A stretch of 62,289 nt of DNA, the filler included, from Hausera hauseri (Eukaryota): assembly GCA_046269625.1 (NCBI GenBank). It is 9 parts of 9 records of this genome, joined end to end, with 100 filler letters (N's around TTAATTAATTAA, not from the genome) between each part and the next. Parts side by side here need not be neighbours in the genome. Positions count along the whole stretch, not along the records: positions 19,807 to 30,775 come from JBJURY010136650.1; positions 30,876 to 35,093 come from JBJURY010694215.1; positions 35,194 to 42,896 come from JBJURY010908088.1; 6 more parts are not named here. The stretch is one strand, 5' to 3'. Below are positions 25,496 through 37,296 of this stretch, one piece after another (the stretch's first letter is position 1; the number at the start of each line of letters is the position of its first letter). A program made the position numbers and the translations under genes. The notes beneath the pieces were generated by a model. It was not told where the DNA came from, ran no database searches, and saw only the letters and a program-made list of their open reading frames with translations.

Positions 25496-28001
25496 TATGC
25501 CTTAAAGTATTAAATTGTAGACAGAGGTGTAGAATCATAAACAACACTCATAGGCATTTACACCCCTCTTCCACACAAAATACAAACTTAAGTTCGTCGT
25601 TCATTTATAGCCGGTCACGATCAGATATGTAGGGATAAATAGGGTGTCGTGGTACTTACGGGCAATAATTACTTTGAAGATAGTAATAGGTGAGAGATGA
25701 TCAGGGCATGCTAGGGCTTGGCACCAAAAAAATGATAAGATATATCAAATTAACATTTAGGGGATTCGTGGATCACCACGAGTTTCAAGTGAATTTTATG
25801 AAAATGCCTATTTCAGCGACATTTTTGTTTCTTCTAACAACAAAGGGCACTGACAGAAGGTAGGTTAGGTGGATACTCGGGTAGTAAGGGGATATAATTT
25901 ATGTGAAAGTTATTTTGATGACGTGTTTATATAAATAAATTTTGTATGTAGTATCAGCATTGTTGAGACATATTTATGTAGTTAGATGGAGTATGTAACA
26001 GCAGCATTCTTTTGATGACGTCACAATTTTGATGATATAATTTACATTTAATTAATTACATATTTGTATAGTTAGGTTGTTGAGGTAAGAAGTGCGGTGG
26101 TATTTTGTCGTGTTTAATGTAGGTTTCAACATTATGTGCCTGGCTGGTCATATGAGGAAGGGGAAGATAACGACACTGTTAGGGGTTGTTAGGAGTATTA
26201 GTTATTAGCAGCAGGTCATCTGTCGTATAAGGACAGGGAAGTTCTCAGTCTTGTTAGGTTAGTCATTATTGTCATGTGTTCTATTATTACGCATATTAGT
26301 CGTCATCATGTGCCATGTCGTACAAGAAAGGGAAAGATAGCAATATCTTTGTTAGGGATATTAGTACTTTGCATGTCGGTAAATTTTTACGTTGGCAACT
26401 TTTCATGTCGACCATTTTTTCTTGTCGGTAACTTGTCATGTCGGCCATTTTTTTAGGTCGACCAATTTTTTCAGCAAGATAAATTTTCATCTCAGCTATT
26501 TTTACATGCCAACACACTTTAGATGTCAGCGCCAAGCAACGTTGTTAAGGGTATTAGACATCAGTAAGTGACCTGTTGTATTAGGAAGGGAAAGTTAACA
26601 GCGTTGTTAGGGCAGCCATCATCATGTGTACTGTTGTCAGGGTATTAGTCAGTAACATGTACCATGTCATATAATCAAGGGGGAAGATGGCAGCAGTATT
26701 AGGGATTGTTAGGGATATAGTTATCAGCAGGTGACCTGTCGTATAAGGAAGGGGAAGTTATCAGCGTTTTAGGTTAGTCGTCGTCATCGGGTGTCCTGTT
26801 GTTAAGGATTCTAGTCATCAGCATAACCTTGGCCATATAAGGAAGGTGAAGATAACAACATTGTTGGGTATTAGGCATCTGGTATTACGATCATCATCAT
26901 TTTTTATGTCGGCTACTTTTTATGTTGGCCATTTTATTTCAGTTCGGTAATTTTTCATGTCATCTATTTTTTCCCATGTCAACAACTTTTCATGTCTGCC
27001 ATTGTATGTCCGCCAAGAAGTGTTGTTAGGTTAGTCATCAGCAGCAGGTGGCCTATCGTAAACGGAAGGGGTCGTTAACAACGTTGTTAGGTTAGTCATC
27101 ATCATCATGTGTCCTGTTGTTAGGTGTATTTGTCAGCATCGTGTCCTGTCGTATAAGGAAGGGAAAGATAGCCGCGTTGTTAAGGACATTAGTCGTCAGC
27201 ATGCGCCATGTCGAATAAGGAAGGGGCAGATAGCAGAGTTGTTAGGTATTAGTCATCTGGTTTTCTTTTCATCAGCAGGTTCATGTCCAAAACCTTTTTA
27301 TGTAGACCTTTTTTCATGTTGGTAATTTTTTCATGTCGACAACTATTCGTGTCTGCGGCCATTTTCTCACGACGGCCATTTTCTCTTGTCAATCAAATGA
27401 TCATGTCGATCTGAAAAAAGTAACCGACTTTAAAAAAAATGGCCGATAAGAAACGGTGCTGTCTTCCCTTCCTTATATGACGACTAATATGCCTAACAAT
27501 ATAACATCTGATGGTGAATGACTAACCTAACAATGCTGATAACTTTCCTGACCTCATATGACAGGCCACCTGCTGCGGTTGACCAATATAAGCACGTCAT
27601 CAAAATAAGTTTCACAGAAATCTCCCCTTACTGTCCGGGTATCCACCTAACCCACCTTTTTTCAGTGTTCTATGTTGTTACAAGAAAACAAATGTTGCCG
27701 ACAAAGGCACCTTCATAAAATTTGCATGAAACTCGCCGTGATCCTTGAATCCCCTAAATATTAATCTGATATCTTTTATCATTTTTTGGTGCTCAGCCCT
27801 AATGTGTCCTAAACATCTCTCACCTGTCGCTATCTTCAAACTAATTATTGCCCGTGTGTAACGACACTCTATTTATCCCTACATATCTGCTTGTGACGGG
27901 ATATAGACGAATCAGAAACTTACATTTGTGTTGTGCGTAACAGTATAGAGTGTTCTTTATGAATCTACACTTCTGTCTACAATTTAAAACTCTAAGGCAT
28001 A
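25496..28001. mobile_element. Non-coding foldback/MITE-like element with about 430-bp imperfect terminal inverted repeats and internal tandem subrepeats
   Basis: 25496-25932 is the diverged reverse complement of 27586-28001 (e.g. CAGATATGTAGGGATAAATAG / CTATTTATCCCTACATATCTG); internal TAAGGAAGGGGAAGAT..CA units and TTTTCATGTCG minisatellites. Confidence 0.8.
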
Positions 28002-28189
28002 TTGTAATACTTTAATAAATGTTACATAAATTCGTAATCAGTAAAGCGACAAACTCAAAACGGATCGTTATGATCTGGCGGATCCGTTGACCTCCCAGCG
28101 ACTCCTTCAAGGTGCTGTAGCACTTGTTAAATTAGACTCGAAATATTTCATAATGTTGTTCGTCCATCTAATAGATGATGACCACGTTC

Positions 28190-28790
28190 TTCACCAAAGA
28201 GTCAATGAAATCATGAGGGATAGTCACTAGAAGTAGGAAGGGCGGTAGAAATGGAACGATGAGTGCGAGAATGACTAATCAGGGCAATCCTGGCTCGCAG
28301 GACCCTGCCACAGGTTGGACATGTAAATGCAGGTTTTGTTGGTACTTGAAAGGCGAGTCGATTCTTGCGAGTGTTTCGCTTTTCCTGGGCGACCATCATT
28401 CTGTTGTTATGACAGAAGGTAGATCCTTGTGTAACTTTAGTGCGCCACTTGGGGCGGTTCAAGGCCAGTGTCTCCCATGAATTTACATTGATGTTAAAGT
28501 CCCTTAATGAGGATTTCAAGGTGTCTTTGTATCGCTTCTTTTGGCCTCCTGTTTTTCGGTTGCCTGTCTGCAGTTCCCCAAACAGAAGCTGCTTTGGGAT
28601 ACGACTGTCACTCATTCTAACAGTATGGCCACTCCAGCGTAGTTGTGTTTTCTTTAGGAGTGTATGGATGTAGCTGGATTTCGACAAGGCAAGGATCTCA
28701 GTATCTGGGACTTTGTCATACCACTTTATTCGCATTATACGACGTAGACAGTTCATATCAAACTGGTTTAATTGCTTGGCATGTCTAGCA
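28190..28790 (-). mobile_element. 5'-truncated RTE-clade LINE (ORF2 C-terminus with C2H2 finger)
   Basis: CLRRIMRIKWYDKVPDTEIL, QLRWSGHTVRM...RIPKQLLFGEL, GGQKKRYKDTLK, CPTCGR...SHSRTH. Confidence 0.92.
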
Positions 28791-29579
28791 TAGAAAACAT
28801 AATAGAAAATCAGAAAACAAATTTCGCAACTTCCCCCTTGTGACTTTGCTTCTATGAAAGGGAGGGGCGAGAGCAGATCAGATAACCTATTGAATTATGT
28901 GTCACGTAATGCTTGGGCCGCGGGGCTCTACCTGCGCTTAATGGTACCCACCTGGACAATAATTACACATCTCGAATTGTGCTCGCTGTCAGATGAAAGG
29001 CTTTTGCTTATTGTTGCCAGTAGTACCAACTCTTTATCAGTCTTAGATCTGTGCTGGCCATTTTATGTTCCACGGTACCGGTATATGAATAAGTTCCTTT
29101 TCTTTGGATGCAAAATTGGCGAAATGTATGATTTCACTGTATAGTATTAACTTTTACTGTGCCCAACATTCTTTACATTTGGGCCCTGGTCTCGGGTGAG
29201 AATAATAGATCATATCACGAAAAATTAGTCTGTACATTTTATTATCAAAGCGTTCTGCAGAATAGGAACCTTTACTAAATTCTTGCGGGAATTTTATGGA
29301 GGTCTCTAATTTATGTTTCCGCTTTTGGTGTTCTATTATCTGACTGAACTTGTGACAATATAATGTGTCGCACTAGAGGTAAACTAACCCGCCGAATACT
29401 GAAAACCATAGACGAGCCCAGTACTCCAACTAAAAGAGGCTGGTCAGTTGGACATTTTACGTTGATCATTCATTGTCGAGTCAACCTTCAACGTGCTTAG
29501 ACCTCAGTCTTTGGTGTTGTCCCACATAAACTGAACTACGATACACGTGTATATTTCCAGAACCGATGAAAGCTATTTT

Positions 29580-29995
29580 GAATTACATCTACAAGCCTGC
29601 CCTCTCCTCAATGACCCAAGGATCCAGATATGGCCGGAACAAAAAAGCATGGAAGAAAAGCTGTGGGGCAGCTTCGAGGATCTCCTGCTGACGACCAGAT
29701 TCATAGAGACAACCCACCTCCTTGTCTAGACTCTGAGCATAAGAAACTGAACGAAGAAGAAGAAGAAGAAGATCAGAGATACTTTAAAGGAAAGAAGACA
29801 ATGTTGGATAGGAAATGTGATAAGGAAGACACATATGATTTGAAACACATGTGAAAGAGAACGAGCCTGATCTAGCAAGACACAGAGAATCATCAGTCCC
29901 ATAAAGCACATTCAATGACTCACGAACGACCCTTCTCCATTCATCTCGGTTCTTTGCTATGCTCTGTGATGCACTGAATGTCAGGCCTGTCCACA
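29580..29995. mobile_element. Two short LINE 3' ends, tail to tail
   Basis: Plus strand HLQACP...IWP...KLWG...F followed by a (GAA)n tail; minus strand WTGL...AKNRDEWRRVV. Confidence 0.55.
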
Positions 29996-30875
29996 CACAG
30001 AAGCACAGCAACAAAAATACTATCAGATAGGGTTGATTGGGGTCAATGAAAGAAAAAACAAAGGATTGACAGTTGTGAAGGTCTCCTCTCAATAGCAGTC
30101 CAATGGGTCATAGCAGTCATAGACACAAAAAATATAAAGACAGACAGTATTTTTCTGTAAGAGTAAATGTGGAAAAGAAGGAAATATGAAAACTGGTATG
30201 GAGGAAACCTGTTAAACTAACAGGCCTTAAAGAGTCGGACCAACTGAGCAGTTCAGTGATAGTGCACAAACCTGGAATTTAAGGACTGGTGCACTCCACT
30301 ACTTATAGCTATAAATGGATACCATATATTTTTCTCTGGGAATGTTAAGGTGAGAGGCACAGTGCACGTAACTTTGAAATGATGGACTGAAAATAAGGCG
30401 CTAATCCATGATTTGCCATGTATGATGTTTTATCTTTGCGCAGGTAAATTTCTGAGCAATTTCACTGTCTGGAAACATAAGTTTAAAAAAGTCGGCTATG
30501 CTTTCATTGGCATTATAGGAGCTGTGAGTATCAACACTCCTTAACACCCACATCCTGTATACGATGCCATGCTGGAACAAATGTTCACATTAGGTTTTAC
30601 ATTTTCTGTGTCTGTGGACGTCGACGGCACTGGACTGGGGAAAAACCCGGTCATTTGTTTTTTCTTTGATATATCAACAAGTTTTACATTCTGTACACGT
30701 TTTTACTGGTAGCATGACTTTTTAAGGCAGCTTCGCCCATATTGCCAATGTTAATTATCTTGCTACAAAGTTTACNNNNNNNNNNNNNNNNNNNNNNNNN
30801 NNNNNNNNNNNNNNNNNNNTTAATTAATTAANNNNNNNNNNNNNNNNNNNNNNNNNNNNNNNNNNNNNNNNNNNN

Positions 30876-32791
30876 TTTTATCCGCCGGGAGGGGTGGGGG
30901 TTTGTGCAAGGTCCTCCCTTCTGTCTACTTCCGTGCCATTGGCAATGTCTTTTTTTATATGGTATATTTCGTCTTGGTTCGTTTGTCAGATGAAGTCGTC
31001 TAGATTTGAGAGTACAGATAAAAGCTTTGTTTTTATTTTCACTTTCTTGGCATCCGCGTGAGTCAACTTGCATTGGGCGCATTCGCTACATTTGTTCAGT
31101 GACATTGCATCTGCATTTCCGTGGAACATGCCTTTCCTATACTGCTCAGGAAGTTAATCCACGTCCGAAATTGTGGTGTGATTGCCTTCTTCGTTGTCAG
31201 CATAAAGGTAATGGCTTTGTGGTCGGTTCGAAGTGTAATTCGTTTGCCGTACAGGTAGTGTTTGAGATGTTGGCAAAAGCAATATTTTGCCATGAGCTCC
31301 TTTCGGGTAATACAATACCCTAATTCGTGTTTGTTCACTTTGTGTGACCCATATTCAACGTCTCATTCGTGTCCGTTTTCGTCCACTTGGGACAAAACTG
31401 CTGCTATTGTGTCGAAGCTAGCATCCGTATCCAGGATGAAATCCTTCTGAAAGTTTGAGTATGCCAGCACTGGGGGTTTGCCAGTGCGTTTTTTAAATTT
31501 TGAAAGGACGTGTCATGTGTCTCTGTCTACATCCGTTTTTTGTTTCCTCCACCACAAAGCGATTCCAGTACTTTCGAGTGTGTTGCATAGCCTTTGATGA
31601 ACTTCCTGTTGTATCCGCATAAACCCAGGAAGCTGCGTACTTGTTTCACACATGTTGATTTTTTAACCCCGGTATCGCTGCTGTCTTAGAATCATCAGTC
31701 ATAATCCCTCTACCATTTACAATATGTCCAAGAAACTTTACTTCCGTTTGTGTCAGTTTGCAATTCGCAGGGTTGATCCGTAATTCACTTTGTTTTATTC
31801 GTTCAAACACACTCTCTAATCTGTTTTTCTATCGTCTTTGAAAACACCAGAATATCGTCCAGGTAGACTACGGCTATATTCCAGTTTAAGTCCCCAAACA
31901 CATGTGTCATTATCTTCTGGAAGGTGAAAGGGGCTGCGGCTATGCCGAATGGCATCGTCTTGAAACAATACTTGCCACTCCTGGTTGAGAATGCGGTATT
32001 CACTTGGGAGTCTTCGTCTAGTTCAACCTGATGGCAGGCGTTACCTAAGTCGATGGAGGTAAAGAACTTAGTTCCATTTGGTGTTTCAGCATTTCTGAGA
32101 TTTTGGGTATCGGGAATACCGGCTTTTCGGTTATCTGGTTCAATTGTCTAAAGTTCAGACACTAACGTATGTCCTTCTTATCCTTTTTCCAAACACAGCC
32201 CAGTGGAATGTTACACGGTAACTCCAGGTCGGCTATCAGTTCTTCTATCTTTGGTTCTAAATTACGTGGTTGTCTTCTTGGGTTGATGGATATTTGTCCA
32301 CCGTTAGTACTTATTTTGTATTTCGTGATATGTGTGAGTCCAATGTCCCATTTATGAGCAATGAAGGTGCTCTTGTATCATTCCGGTTCCTTCCCCAACC
32401 GTGAGTTCTGTTCGGTATTGAAGGCATCCAAATCGGCTTGTAATCTCTGATCATCGTTCCCTTGTTTGTGTACGTATACATCAATTTGACAGATACTACA
32501 GTTTGTTTCTATTTCTGACTGTTGGTCTTTTGTTTCGATCCTCTTGCTCAACCAGATATCCCATTTTCTCAACATTTTGATTACTACTATTACCTCTGGT
32601 CTCAGATCTTTTACCACATAAAACCTTGTCATCTGTGTTTCTCTAAAAATGGTGAGAGCAACCGTCGTTTTCCCGTACACCGCAATTGCATTTCGGTTCG
32701 CGCATAATATTCTGCAATCGTTTGCTTTTGTCAGTGTTATTATTTTTGCTTCAAGTACCAATTGCTTTATAGTAAATTCCACAATAGACAA
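30876..32791 (-). pseudogene. pol: Decayed Ty3/gypsy pol (protease remnant, RT, RNase H)
   Basis: CANRNAIAVYG, TAFSTRSGKY, MPFG, VYLDDILVFS, DTDAS, RKELMA, RTDHKA; many frameshifts. Confidence 0.9.
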
Positions 32792-33649
32792 AACTGACTG
32801 GGTATCACAAAACTTTATTCAAATTACAAATACATAAAACATCATTATAATTTCCATAGCAAAAATCAATTTTTATTAATCTTAAAACTGGACGTTTATA
32901 TTAACTTCAAACAACAAACGTATAATTCATTACATCATTCATCAACAAAATCGCTAGATTCACTCAATAACCCTCATCAGTCAAAAAAAACTCATAACCA
33001 TTTAAGTATTAAAACTCCAGATTGAATTTCCAAAAAAGTCAGCAATCGTTTCCTTCATTTGTGGAGAAATATGGTCTCGGATTGCTGTAATTCAATTCAA
33101 CGTTCTCTCTTGTCTCTACTTTCACTTAATTGATGTGTTATGAATGGCGATAAACACTGATATTCATTTATTGTTACTTGTTCGATAAATGATGCAGACA
33201 GTTGTAAACGTAATCACTTGAGACAAACTTTGATTTTCTTGTTAAATTGATATTCAGTAAATATCAGAGATTGTGATATAAATTTCTGAACTAGGATGTG
33301 ACTTGATTTTTTGAAACAACGGTTAATAGATGTAATTAGAAGTTTGATTCTATTAAGACAACATCTATCCCGTCCATCAGCCGACCCAAACGCCTCTAAA
33401 AACAAAACCATTGGACACTTGTTTGGCATTTATTTGTTTTAATTTTTACAAACTTCAATGCGGCGATATCGTAAAGCGTCTCGTATAGAATAATCTACAT
33501 CAGATTCTGGATGATGGACGACTGTTGTTTTGGGTGGCATAATGCGAGAAACGGTTTGTTGGATTGGACAAAACTGGAACTCAACGACAAATTCGTCCAC
33601 AAGCTCCTTGGAAGATTTGGAGAATTGTTTGAGGTTTTCATTGAAAGAA

Positions 33650-35093
33650 TTGTGGTCGGACTGTGGAGGCGCCCGAGCCCACGGCACCACACTACCTCCT
33701 GTTATAAAATGACACTGTCGGGGCGCAAGCAAGAAGATAAAGCAGAGAAGTGTAGGCGAATTATTAAAAGAAGTAAGTTTTTGATGTGGTTGAAACAAAC
33801 GTGGAAAGAATACGTTTTGTGTGCTATTGCATCTTTGTATGGACAAGGCGTTGAATTTTGTCGACATTCTGTTCTCTGCTGTATTTTCTGAAGGTAACTG
33901 TCATATTTTTCTTAATATATTGTTTGATTGCTTGCTGAGTTGGTTGAGAGGAAGTTAAATTTTGATTTGACGTGTCAGCAGCTTGAGAACAATCGATATG
34001 TCGTTTTGCGTAATGTTTTGAGTTGATGCAGGTTTTGGAGTATCAGGTTGTCATGCAGGTAGAATGGAAAAAGAATTGAAAGAATCGAAAAAGTTTTGTG
34101 TGGATTCAGCTGAAGATTCCGATGTATCATCAACGAAGAATGCAGGTTTTACGTTAGATAGGTGAACGATTTGTTCCTTATCGTTTTTTAATATAGTAAC
34201 TGTATGTGAGGTAACGTTGAGGACTTTAAATGGTCCTACGTAGTTTGGTTGGAAACCAGAGGGTGACGGACTTTTTGACCAAACGAACTTGGAATTAAAT
34301 ATTGAGTCGGGTAAGTATGTTTTATCTCCATGTACTACTTTACAGAAAGAATCCTGGCTTAGCTGAACGAAGTGATTTTGTGCAGACCTAATTGTTTCGT
34401 CAGTTGGTGTGTTGTCCAAGTCAGTGAGCTCGAAAAGTGCCCGAATTGTGGTACCAAAAAGTGCTTCAGTAAGTGCGCAACCGGTGGTGGTAGACGGCGT
34501 GTTGCGCTACCCGAGTAAGACAAAAGGGAGGATGGTTTTCTAATTCTTGAGATTCGGCCAGGATTTTTAGCGAAATCTTGAGAGTGCGATGAAAGCGTTC
34601 TAATAAACCGTTAGACTGGGGATGATATGGAGTTGTGTGTATGTGATTTATGCCCAGTCGATTAACTAAAGATTTGAATAGTTTCGATTCAAATTGGGGA
34701 CATTGGTCTGTAATTATGTAGCGAGGTGAACCGAACCGGCTAATCCAAATCCTTATGAATGAGCCGGCAATGGAGTCAATATTGATGGAGCGCAAAGGGA
34801 CAGCTTCAAACCAACGAGACGCGCGGTCCATCATTGTTAAGATAAATTGGTGACCATTATCGGAAGATAATGGGCCAACGATATCTACGTGAAATGACTC
34901 AAAGCGAGATGTACATGGGAAATGAAATAATGGTGACTTAAGATATTTAGCTACTTTGAACTTTTGACAAGGTACCCATTGCCTAATCCAACTCTGTGCA
35001 TCAAATCTCACTGATGGCCATGTTACGTGGCGTTTGAGAAGGCGGAATGTAGCCTTGGAACCTGGGTGATGCAAAGAATGAACATGTTGAAAT
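33650..35093 (-). mobile_element. CsRn1-like gypsy 3' half: integrase, GPF module, PPT and 3' LTR start
   Basis: HVDIVGPL, DRASRWFEA, TDQ.PQF, YHPQSNGLLERFHR, YVGPFKV, VHLSNVKP; purine tract then TGTGGTGC at 33691, the same LTR start as at 7017. Confidence 0.9.
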
Positions 35094-35193
35094 NNNNNNN
35101 NNNNNNNNNNNNNNNNNNNNNNNNNNNNNNNNNNNNNTTAATTAATTAANNNNNNNNNNNNNNNNNNNNNNNNNNNNNNNNNNNNNNNNNNNN

Positions 35194-35300
35194 TGGTTTC
35201 CTCTTTATTGACTCCCAGATATCTGCAGGCCCTGAGGAAGAGACAATAGACGCGTCAGAAAGATAGAGACGAGGTTCAACGAAAAGGACTCTACCTTACA
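35194..35300 (+). repeat. 5' LTR, U5 end
   Basis: 35194-35270 is identical to 42820-42896; ends CTTACA immediately before the PBS. Confidence 0.93.
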
Positions 35301-35303
35301 ATT

Positions 35304-35322
35304 TGGTGACCTCCGATGTGAT
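35304..35322 (+). promoter_or_regulatory. Primer-binding site, tRNA-Trp-like
   Basis: TGGTGACCTCCGATGTGAT versus the canonical Trp PBS TGGTGACCCCGACGTGAT; splice donor CAG|GTAAGA follows at 35335. Confidence 0.75.
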
Positions 35323-35517
35323 CTCCACGACCAGGTAAGACAAAATTAGTTTGACTCCTGGTTGTCGGGATCCGTACGGACATCAGAAAGCCCCAGTGAG
35401 TTGCCTGGGCAATTTAAGCCTTACTTAGGGTAAGCATAGTGCACAGGATATCGACAGTCATTGTCTCTTCGCCAGGCCATTTTATTTTGTGTGTGAATAA
35501 GGTTATTTGTTGTTGTT

Positions 35518-37296
35518 ATGGGTCAGTCATTCCCAAAGCCCATTCCCGGTGAAACCCCACGGAATTGGATGGTCAGATGTGATATAACATACTATGTTGA
35601 TCCATATTTGGATAATTTGGCAGGGTGGACCGAGAATATTGCACAGAGACCTCCTTATCCTCGAGAAGGGACTTTTGATCCCGGCTATCTCGCACCCGCA
35701 CATAGAATGATTTTTGTAGGTATAGGGGACCCTAATTTGGATTATGTATACATGGAAGAAGGTTATAAAGTTTGGTATGACATGAAGAAAGTCTGGGACT
35801 CAAGTAATAAAATATATACGCCAAAGTCAGTACTTAAGGCTATACCAAAACCAAAACAGAATAAAAAGGGGAAGAAGGGTTGTATATCCTCCCCTGAATT
35901 AACTACACGTCCTAAAAGGAAACCTGACTCTATTGTCCCTACACCCTGTAATGATCCACATAGATGTCCCCCGTATTCTCCTAACACTGGTCTGAATCAA
36001 ATACCACCTCCTCTATTCCCGTTGCCGTCTTTATACCCCAATTTGGCCGCCCTGTCAATCTCGGAACCAGTACCAGTTGTACCGGTACCTGCTCCAGTAC
36101 CCATAGGCCCCTCGTCATCTGTTCAGCCGACACCTACACCAACACAGCTTGAATCCCAACCTGTAGTGATTAGAGAGGTCAAGGTAGATAGACAAAATAG
36201 AAAAAAGACAAAAGATAAGAAAAAACGTCGTCGAGATCCTAGTCCTAGTGACTCTGATTCATCTGAATCCGAGCTCCATAGTAGTTCGGATGAGGATAAT
36301 GATGGTCCTGGTATTGATCCCCATACTAACATTGCGTGCGTATGGTCTCGTGGGGCAAGTGGAATTAAGACCAGTCCTCCTACAGTAGGGGAACTAAAAA
36401 ACATCATCGATATTCTACCTGACCCCTTCCAAAACCCACTACATTTCGTCGATAGTCTCCTCGGCTGTTCCCGAAATTGTCAGTTAACTGGGGCCGATTA
36501 CAGATTTATCCTACAACAAAAATTAGGGCCACGACATGATGAGGCGGCGATGCTTGATGCGGTACCAGTCCTCAAACCTGAGAGGGACATCCCCCACAAC
36601 ACTAAGGTTAAAGATGAACAGACAAGGCGCAAAACAGTTGAATCAGATTATGCCTGGGCTAAACCAGAAACATTCATTGCCTTAAAAAATGAATTGACTA
36701 AATATCTTGTACAACGCAGACAGGGAAGTGCAGATTTGTCACAAGTCACTAACTGTAAACAAGATAAAGCTGAGACCACCTCTGTATTTTGGACTAGATT
36801 TAAAGAAGTCTGGACTGTGATTGGTTCTATGGACCTTGATGATAATCATGCTAACCCACTCTTCCTCACCACATTCTTGAATAATTGCAGACCTGAGATA
36901 AGAGCCGTTTTGGTTAACCATTTGTCTGGTCGCAATACACTGACTCTTACTAATGCAGGACAGACTATACGTACGTTAGAATCAGATGGTTTATTTGACA
37001 CAAAGTTAAACAAGGCATGTTTGAATGTGAAACAAGGACCTGGTGGGTTCGAAAGGACCCCCAGACGGAAGGGAAAATGTAACTATTGTGGGAAAGAGGG
37101 ACATTGGGCTCGGGAATGTAAGAAAAGGAGAAAAGATATGCATACAGGACAGTATCAGCAAGGACAGACAGGCCCACAAGGCCCACAAGGTTCACAGCAG
37201 CCTGCCCCCAACACTGTTGCATAGCACCAGCCTCACTATCTGCCCCGTTCACATAACTCACAATCACAACAGCTTGACAGACACGAAGATTACTAG
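35518..37296 (+). CDS. gag: Retroviral Gag
   Basis: N-terminal MG, Pro-rich region with PPY and LYPNL late-domain-like motifs, zinc knuckle CNYCGKEGHWAREC; in-frame TAG at 37222 and 37294. Confidence 0.92.

Noticed and set aside
19807-27600. CRISPR array
   Set aside because: The repeats are long and degenerate, lack unique spacers, have no cas genes and lie in a eukaryotic context.
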